Shown here: one piece after another, positions 54,201 through 64,000 of the stretch
How the letters are laid out: each line of letters opens with the position of its first letter
How positions within the stretch are numbered: position 1 is the first letter of the stretch
Assembly: GCA_964016885.1 (NCBI GenBank)
Contig: OZ024742.1
Location: forward strand, 2,666,001-2,730,000
Direction: 5' to 3'
Source: Eledone cirrhosa
Taxonomy: Eukaryota
DNA length: 64,000 bases
Translations under genes and position numbers: made by a program
The notes under the pieces: model-generated
Seen by the model: only the letters and a program-made list of their open reading frames with translations
Database searches by the model: none
What the model was told of the DNA's origin: nothing

Positions 54201-57200
54201 CAGCGACATATTACAGTTTTGTTAATGTTTGTCTTGTATAACATTATGGCCAGCAACACATTACAGTTTTTGTTACTGTTTGTCTTGTATAACATTATGG
54301 CCAGCAACACATTACAGTTTTTGTTACTGTTTGTCTTGTATAACATTATGGCCAGCAACACATTACAGTTTTGTTACTGTTTGTCTTGTATAACATTATG
54401 TCCAGTGACACATTACAGTTTTTGTTACTGTTGGTCTTGTATAACATTATGTCCAGTGACACATTACAGTTTTGTTACTGTTTGTCTTGTATAACATTAT
54501 GGCCAGCGACATATTACAGTTTTGTTACTGTTTGTCTTGTATAACATTATGGCCAGCGACACATTACAGTTTTTGTTACTGTTGGTCTTGTATAACATTA
54601 TGGCCAGCGACACATTACAATTTTGTTACTGTTTGTCTTGTATAACATTATGGCCACTGACATATTACAGTTTTGTTACTGTTTGTCTTGTATAACATTA
54701 TGGCCAGCGACACATTACAGTTTTTGTTACTGTTGGTCTTGTATAACATTATGGCCAGCAACACATTACAGTTTTTGTTACTGTTTGTCTTGTATACATT
54801 ATGGCCAGTGACACATTAAAGTTTTGTTACTCTTTGTCTTGTATAACATTATGGCCAGCAACACGTTACAGTTTTTATTACTGTTTGTCTTGTATAACAT
54901 TATGGCCAGTGACACATTACAGTTTTTGTTACTGTTGGTCTTGTATAACATTATGACCAGCGACACATTCCAGTTATTGTTACTGTTTGTCTTGTATAAC
55001 ATTATGGCCAGCAACACGTTACAGTTTTTGTTACTGTTTGTCTTGTATAACATTATGGCCAGTTAGACATTACAGTTTTGTTACTGTTTGTCTTGTATAA
55101 CATTATGGCCAGTGACACATTACAGTTTTGTTACTGTTTGTCTTGTATAACATTATGGCCAGTGACACATTAGAGTTTTTGTTACTGTTTGTCTTGTATA
55201 ACATTATGGCCAGCAACACATTACAGTTTTTGTTACTGTTTGTCTTGTATAACATTATGGCCAGCGACACATTACAGTTTTTGTTACTGTTTGTCTTGTA
55301 TAACATTATGGCCAGCGACACATTACAGTTTTTGTTACTGTTGGTCTTGTATAACATTATGTCCAGCAACACATTACAGTTTTTGTTACTGTTTGTCTTG
55401 TATAACATTATGGCCAGCAACACATTACAGTTTTTGTTACTGTTTGTCTTGTATAACATTATGGCCAGCGACACATTACAGTTTTTGTTACTGTTTGTCT
55501 TGTATAACATTATGGCCAGCGACACATTACAGTTTTTGTTACTGTTGGTCTTGTATAACATTATGTCCAGCAACACATTACAGTTTTTGTTACTGTTTGT
55601 CTTGTATAACATTATGGCCAGCAACACATTACAGTTTTTGTTACTGTTTGTCTTGTATAACATTATGGCCAGCAACACATTACAGTTTTTGTTACTGTTT
55701 GTCTTGTATAACATTATGGCCAGCGACACATTACAGTTTTTGTTACTGTTTGTCTTGTATAACATTATGGCCAGCAACACATTCCAGTTTTTGTTACTGT
55801 TGGTCTTGTATAACATTATGGCCAGTGACACATTACAGTTTTGTTACTGTTTGTCTTGTATAACATTATGGCCAGTGACACATTACAGTTTTTGTTACTG
55901 TTTGTCTTGTATAACATTATGGCCAGCAACACATTCCAGTTTTTGTTACTGTTGGTCTTGTATAACATTATGGCCAGTGACACATTACAGTTTTGTTACT
56001 CTTTGTCTTGTATAACATTATGGCCAGTGACACATTACAGTTTTTCTTACTGTTTGTCTTGTATAACATTATGGCCAGCGACACATTACAGTTTTTGTTA
56101 CTGTTTGTCTTGTATAACATTATGGCCAGCGACATATTACAGTTTTGTTACTCTTTGTCTTGTATAACATTATGTCCAGCAACACATTACAATTTTTTGT
56201 TACTGTTTGTCTTGTATAACATTATGGCCAGCAACACTTTACAGTTTTTGTTACTGTTTGTCTTGTATAACATTATGGCCAGCGACACATTACAGTTTTT
56301 GTTACTGTTGGTCTTGTATAACATTATGGCCAGCAACACATTACAATTTTTTGTTACTGTTTGTCTTGTATAACATTAAGGCCAGCGACACATTACAGTT
56401 TTTGTTACTGTTTGTCTTGTATAACATTATGGCCAGCGACACATTACAGTTTTTGTTACTGTTGGTCTTGTATAACATTATGGCCAGCGACACATTACAG
56501 TTTTTGTTACTGTTGGTCTTGTATAACATTATGGCCAGCAACACATTACAGTTTTTGTTACTGTTTGTCTTGTATAACATTATGGCCAGCGACACATTAC
56601 AGTTTTTGTTAGTGTTTGTCTTGTATAACATTATGGCCAGCAACACATTACAGTTTTTGTTACTGTTTGTCTTGTATAACATTATGGCCAGCAACACATT
56701 ACAGTTTTTGTTACTGTTTGTCTTGTATAACATTATGGCCAGCAACACATTACAGTTTTTGTTACTGTTTGTCTTGTATAACATTATGTCCAGTGACACA
56801 TTACAGTTTTTGTTACTGTTGGTCTTGTATAACATTATGGCCAGCAACACATTACAGTTTTTGTTACTGTTGGTCTTGTATAACATTATGGCCAGCAACA
56901 CATTACAGTTTTTGTTACTGTTTGTCTTGTATAACATTATGGCCAGCAACACATTACAGTTTTGTTACTGTTTGTCTTGTATAATATTATGGCCAGCGAC
57001 ATATTACAGTTTTGTTACTGTTTGTCTTGTATAACATTATGGCCAGTGACACATTACAGTTTTTGTTACTGTTTGTCTTGTATAACATTATGGCCAGCGA
57101 CATATTACAGTTTTTGTTACTGTTGGTCTTGTATAACATTATGGCCACTGACACATTACAGTTTTGTTACTGTTGGTCTTGTATAACATTATGGCCACTG

Positions 57201-60200
57201 ACACATTACAGTTTTGTTACTGTTGGTCTTGTATAACCTTTTGGCCAGCAACACATTACAGTTTTTGTTACTGTTGGTCTTGTATAACATTATGGCCACT
57301 GACACATTACAGTTTTGTTACTGTTGGTCTTGTATAACATTATGGCCAGCAACACATTACAGTTTTTGTTACTGTTGGTCTTGTATAACATTATGGCCAG
57401 TGACACATTACAGTTTTTGTTACTGTTGGTCTTGTATAACATTATGGCCAGAGACACATTACAGTTTTTGTTACTGTTGGTCTTGTATAACATTATGGCC
57501 AGCGACATATTACAGTTTTGCTACTGTTTGTCTTGTATAACATTATGGCCAGCCACATATTACAGTTTTGTTACTGTTTGTCTTGTATAACATTATGGCC
57601 ACTGACACATTCCAGTTTTTGTTACTGTTGGTCTTGTATAACATTATGTCCAGTGACACATTACAGTTTTTGTTACTGTTGGTCTTGTATAACATTATGT
57701 CCAGTGACACATTACAGTTTTTGTTACTGTTTGTCTTGTATAACATTATGGCCACTGACACATTCCAGTTTTTGTTACTGTTGGTCTTGTATAACATTAT
57801 GGCCAGCAATACATTACAGTTTTGTTACTGTTTGTCTTGTATAACATTATGGCCAGTGACACATTACAGTTTTTGTTACTGTTTGTCTTGTATAACATTA
57901 TGGCCAGTGACACATTACAGTTTTTGTTACTGTTTGTCTTGTATAACATTATGGCCAGCGACATATTACAGTTTTGTTACTCTTTGTCTTGTATAACACT
58001 ATGGCCAGCAACACATTACAGTTTTTGTTACTGTTTGTCTTGTATAACATTATGGCCAGCGACACATTACAATTTTTGTTACTGTTTTTCTTGTATAACA
58101 TTATGGCCAGCAACAAATTACAGTTTTTGTTACTGCTTGTCTTGTATAACATTATGGCCAGCGACACATTACAGTTTTTGTTACTGTTTGTCTTGTATAA
58201 CATTATGGCCAGCGACACATTACAGTTTTTGTTACTGTTTGTCTTGTATAACATTATGGCCAGCAACACATTACAATTTTTGTTACTGTTTGTCTTGTAT
58301 AACATTATGTCCAGTGACACATTACAGTTTTTGTTACTGTTTGTCTTGTATAACATTATGGCCAGCAACACATTCCAGTTTTTGTTACTGTTTGTCTTGT
58401 ATAATATTATGGCCAGCAACACATTCCAGTTTTTGTTACTGTTGGTCTTGTATAACATTATGGCCAGCGACACATTACAGTTTTTGTTACTGTTTGTCTT
58501 GTATAACATTATGGCCAGCAACACATTAAAGTTTTTGTTACTGTTTGTCTTGTATAACATTATGGCCAGCGACACATTACAGTTTTTGTTACTGTTGGTC
58601 TTGTATAACATTATGGCCAGCAACACATTACAGTTTTTGTTACTGTTGGTCTTGTATAACATTATGGCCAGCGACACATTACAGTTTTTGTTACTGTTTG
58701 TCTTGTATAACATTATGGCCAGCAACACATTAAAGTTTTTGTTACTGTTTGTCTTGTATAACATTATGGCCAGCGACACATTATAGTTTTTGTTACTGTT
58801 GGTCTTGTATAACATTATGGCCAGCAACACATTACAGTTTTTGTTACTGTTTGTCTTGTATAACATTATGGCCAGCGACACATTACAGTTTTTGTTACTG
58901 TTTGTCTTGTATAACATTATGGCCAGCGACACATTACAGTTTTTGTTACTGTTGGTCTTGTATAACATTATGGCCAGCGACACATTACAGTTTTTGTTAC
59001 TGTTGGTCTTGTATAACATTATGGCCAGCAACACATTACAGTTTTTGTTACTGTTTGTCTTGTATAACATTATGGCCAGTGACACATTACAGTTTTGTTA
59101 CTGTTTGTCTTGTATAACATTATGGCCAGCAACACATTACAATTTTGTTACTGTTTGTCTTGTATAACATTATGGCCAGCAATACATTACAGTTTTTGTT
59201 ACTGTTTGTCTTGTATAACATTATGGCCAGCGACACATTACAGTTTTTGTTACTGTTTGTCTTGTATAACATTATGGCCAGCAATACATTACAGTTTTTG
59301 TTACTGTTTGTCTTGTATAACATTATGGCCAGCGACACATTACAGTTTTTGTTACTGTTTGTCTTGTATAACATTATGGCCAGCGACACATTACAGTTTT
59401 TGTTACTGTTTGTCTTGTATAACATTATGGCCAGCAATACATTACAGTTTTTGTTACTGTTTGTCTTGTATAACATTATGGCCAGCAACACATTACAGTT
59501 TTTGTTACTGTTTGTCTTGTATAACATTATGGCCAGTGACACATTACAGTTTTGTTACTGTTGGTCTTGTATAACATTATGGCCAGTGACACATTACAGT
59601 TTTGTTACTGTTGGTCTTGTATAACATTATGGCCAGCGACACATTACAGTTTTGTTACTGTTGGTCTTGTATAACATTATGGCCACTGACACATTACAGT
59701 TTTGTTACTGTTTGTCTTGTATAACATTATGGCCAGCGACACATTACAGTTTTTGTTACTGTTTGTCTTGTATAACATTATGGCCAGCAACACATTCCAG
59801 TTTTTGTTACTGGTGGTCTTGTATAACATTATGGCCAGTGACACATTACAGTTTTGTTACTGTTTGTCTTGTATAACATTATGGCCAGTGACACATTACA
59901 GTTTTTGTTACTGTTTGTCTTGTATAACATTATGGCCAGCGACACATTACAGTTTTTGTTACTGTTTGTCTTGTATAACATTATGGCCAGCAACACATTA
60001 CAGTTTTTGTTACTGTTTGTCTTGTATAACATTATGGCCAGCGACACATTACAGTTTTTGTTACTGTTGGTCTTGTATAACATTATGGCCAGCAACACAT
60101 TACAGTTTTTGTTACTGTTTGTCTTGTATAACATTATGGCCAGCGACACATTACAGTTTTTGTTACTGTTTGTCTTGTATAACATTATGGCCAGCGACAC

Positions 60201-62407
60201 ATTACAGTTTTTGTTACTGTTGGTCTTGTATAACATTATGGCCAGCGACACATTACAGTTTTTGTTACTGTTGGTCTTGTATAACATTATGGCCAGCAAC
60301 ACATTACAGTTTTTGTTACTGTTTGTCTTGTATAACATTATGGCCAGCGACACATTACAGTTTTTGTTACTGTTTGTCTTGTATAACATTATGGCCAGCA
60401 ATACATTACAGTTTTTGTTACTGTTTGTCTTGTATAACATTATGGCGCAGCAACACATTACAGTTTTTGTTACTGTTTGTCTTGTATAACATTATGGCCA
60501 GCGACACATTACAGTTTTTGTTACTGTTGGTCTTGTATAACATTATGGCCAGCAACACATTACAGTTTTTGTTACTGTTTGTCTTGTATAACATTATGGC
60601 CAGCAACACATTACAATTTTGTTACTGTTTGTCTTGTATAACATTATGGCCAGCAATACATTACAGTTTTTGTTACTGTTTGTCTTGTATAACATTATGG
60701 CCAGCGACACATTACAGTTTTTGTTACTGTTTGTCTTGTATAACATTATGGCCAGCAATACATTACAGTTTTTGTTACTGTTTGTCTTGTATAACATTAT
60801 GGCCAGCGACACATTACAGTTTTTGTTACTGTTTGTCTTGTATAACATTATGGCCAGCGACACATTACAGTTTTTGTTACTGTTTGTCTTGTATAACATT
60901 ATGGCCAGCAATACATTACAGTTTTTGTTACTGTTTGTCTTGTATAACATTATGGCCAGCAACACATTACAGTTTTTGTTACTGTTTGTCTTGTATAACA
61001 TTATGGCCAGTGACACATTACAGTTTTGTTACTGTTGGTCTTGTATAACATTATGGCCAGTGACACATTACAGTTTTGTTACTGTTGGTCTTGTATAACA
61101 TTATGGCCAGCGACACATTACAGTTTTGTTACTGTTGGTCTTGTATAACATTATGGCCACTGACACATTACAGTTTTGTTACTGTTTGTCTTGTATAACA
61201 TTATGGCCAGCGACACATTACAGTTTTTGTTACTGTTTGTCTTGTATAACATTATGGCCAGCAACACATTCCAGTTTTTGTTACTGGTGGTCTTGTATAA
61301 CATTATGGCCAGTGACACATTACAGTTTTGTTACTGTTTGTCTTGTATAACATTATGGCCAGTGACACATTACAGTTTTTGTTACTGTTTGTCTTGTATA
61401 ACATTATGGCCAGCGACACATTACAGTTTTTGTTACTGTTTGTCTTGTATAACATTATGGCCAGCAACACATTACAGTTTTTGTTACTGTTTGTCTTGTA
61501 TAACATTATGGCCAGCGACACATTACAGTTTTTGTTACTGTTGGTCTTGTATAACATTATGGCCAGCAACACATTACAGTTTTTGTTACTGTTTGTCTTG
61601 TATAACATTATGGCCAGCGACACATTACAGTTTTTGTTACTGTTTGTCTTGTATAACATTATGGCCAGCGACACATTACAGTTTTTGTTACTGTTGGTCT
61701 TGTATAACATTATGGCCAGCGACACATTACAGTTTTTGTTACTGTTGGTCTTGTATAACATTATGGCCAGCAACACATTACAGTTTTTGTTACTGTTTGT
61801 CTTGTATAACATTATGGCCAGCGACACATTACAGTTTTTGTTACTGTTTGTCTTGTATAACATTATGGCCAGCAATACATTACAGTTTTTGTTACTGTTT
61901 GTCTTGTATAACATTATGGCGCAGCAACACATTACAGTTTTTGTTACTGTTTGTCTTGTATAACATTATGGCCAGCGACACATTACAGTTTTTGTTACTG
62001 TTGGTCTTGTATAACATTATGGCCAGCAACACATTACAGTTTTTGTTACTGTTTGTCTTGTATAACATTATGGCGCAGCAACACATTACAGTTTTTGTTA
62101 CTGTTTGTCTCGTATAACATTATGGCCAGCGACACATTACAGTTTTTGTTACTGTTTGTCTTGTATAACATTATGGCCAGCAACACATTACAGTTTTTGT
62201 TACTGTTTGTCTTGTATAACATTATGGCCAGCAACACATTACAGTTTTTGTTACTGTTGGTCTTGTATAACATTATGGCCAGCAACACATTACAGTTTTT
62301 GTTACTGTTGGTCTTGTATAACATTATGGCCAGTGACACATTACAGTTTTGTTACTGTTTGTCTTGTATAACATTATGACCAGCGACACATTACAGTTTT
62401 TGTTACT
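27258..62407. repeat. 35-kb satellite array, 50/51-bp monomer (roughly 690 copies)
   Basis: Consensus TTACTGTT(G/T)GTCTTGTATAACATTATGGCCAG(C/T)(A/G)ACACATTACAGTTTT(T)G, head to tail with no insertions seen. Confidence 0.98.
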
Positions 62408-63004
62408 CAGTTTTATGTTATGTTAGAAGGTATCTGACCAGTAGTATTGAAAACGAAGTCATAACTGCGAAGAGATGTTTTTAATTACAAATCCCTGACT
62501 GCACCCATATGACCGCAGAAACATCTTAGCATAAATTTTACGGACATCTCTTGGCTTAGAACTTGACACTTCGTGGTCACAACATATCTTTGTGTTTCCG
62601 CCAGTTGTATAGCCAGACCTATCCAGGCCTGGGTGTAGCAAAGACCCTTTTGACACAACCATCTTAATAAACAGCTATGATAGACCTGAAGATGATTTGT
62701 GCCTCCTGATACCAGTTGCTAAGCGGTGAGTTCCGCTCGCATTCCCTTTCTCCCCGTCTCTGATGTTAGACACAATGAATCCTAGTTAAATACAGGCGTG
62801 CAGTGGAAGATATATAACATGTATTTAACATTAATGCTACATAGAACACGACATTGGTAAATGCAGTGTATAATTGGAAACAGTTAAAACATCATGATGA
62901 TGATGATGATCAACATCATTATCACCATCATCATTATCATCAGCGAAGCAATGTTGTGTAAAACATTTACAGTTCCAATACATTAACAACGAACAAATAA
63001 CCTG

Positions 63005-64000
<996 letters not shown>

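Noticed and set aside
27261-62379. Hundreds of ORFs with LLLVLYNIMASNTLQF / CYCWSCITLWPATHYSF repeats
   Set aside because: Artefacts of a 51-bp unit; frequent 50-bp monomers shift the frame, so there is no sign of coding selection
27258-62407. CRISPR-like array
   Set aside because: No unique spacers, monomers are contiguous, no cas genes, eukaryotic context

Overview
AT-rich, microsatellite-dense animal genomic DNA, probably cephalopod/octopus judging from its SINE and (TA)n landscape (inference). No host gene is clearly recognisable. Positions 1-27 kb are a pile-up of retroelements inserted into (TA)n tracts. They include a near-intact Naiad-type Penelope-like element (RT + C-terminal GIY-YIG, direct and inverted pseudo-LTRs, 7071-12472), several truncated Penelope-like copies, CR1 and RTE LINE fragments, four tRNA-derived SINEs and a probable Helitron shell. 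The main hidden signal is RNA: about a dozen core-intact type I hammerhead ribozymes, plus several decayed or half copies, from many sequence families. One family forms a head-to-tail array of ~480-510 bp non-coding units (16305-17963), each with a hammerhead and an octamer motif, ending in a Penelope-style terminal inversion; this is a candidate retrozyme/circRNA system. Several palindromic mini-elements fold back inside hammerhead stem II. Positions 27.3-62.4 kb are one uninterrupted 50/51-bp satellite array with kb-scale higher-order duplications, followed by (CAC)n-rich simple repeats. All ribozyme calls are from reading motifs and pairing by eye; none was tested computationally.
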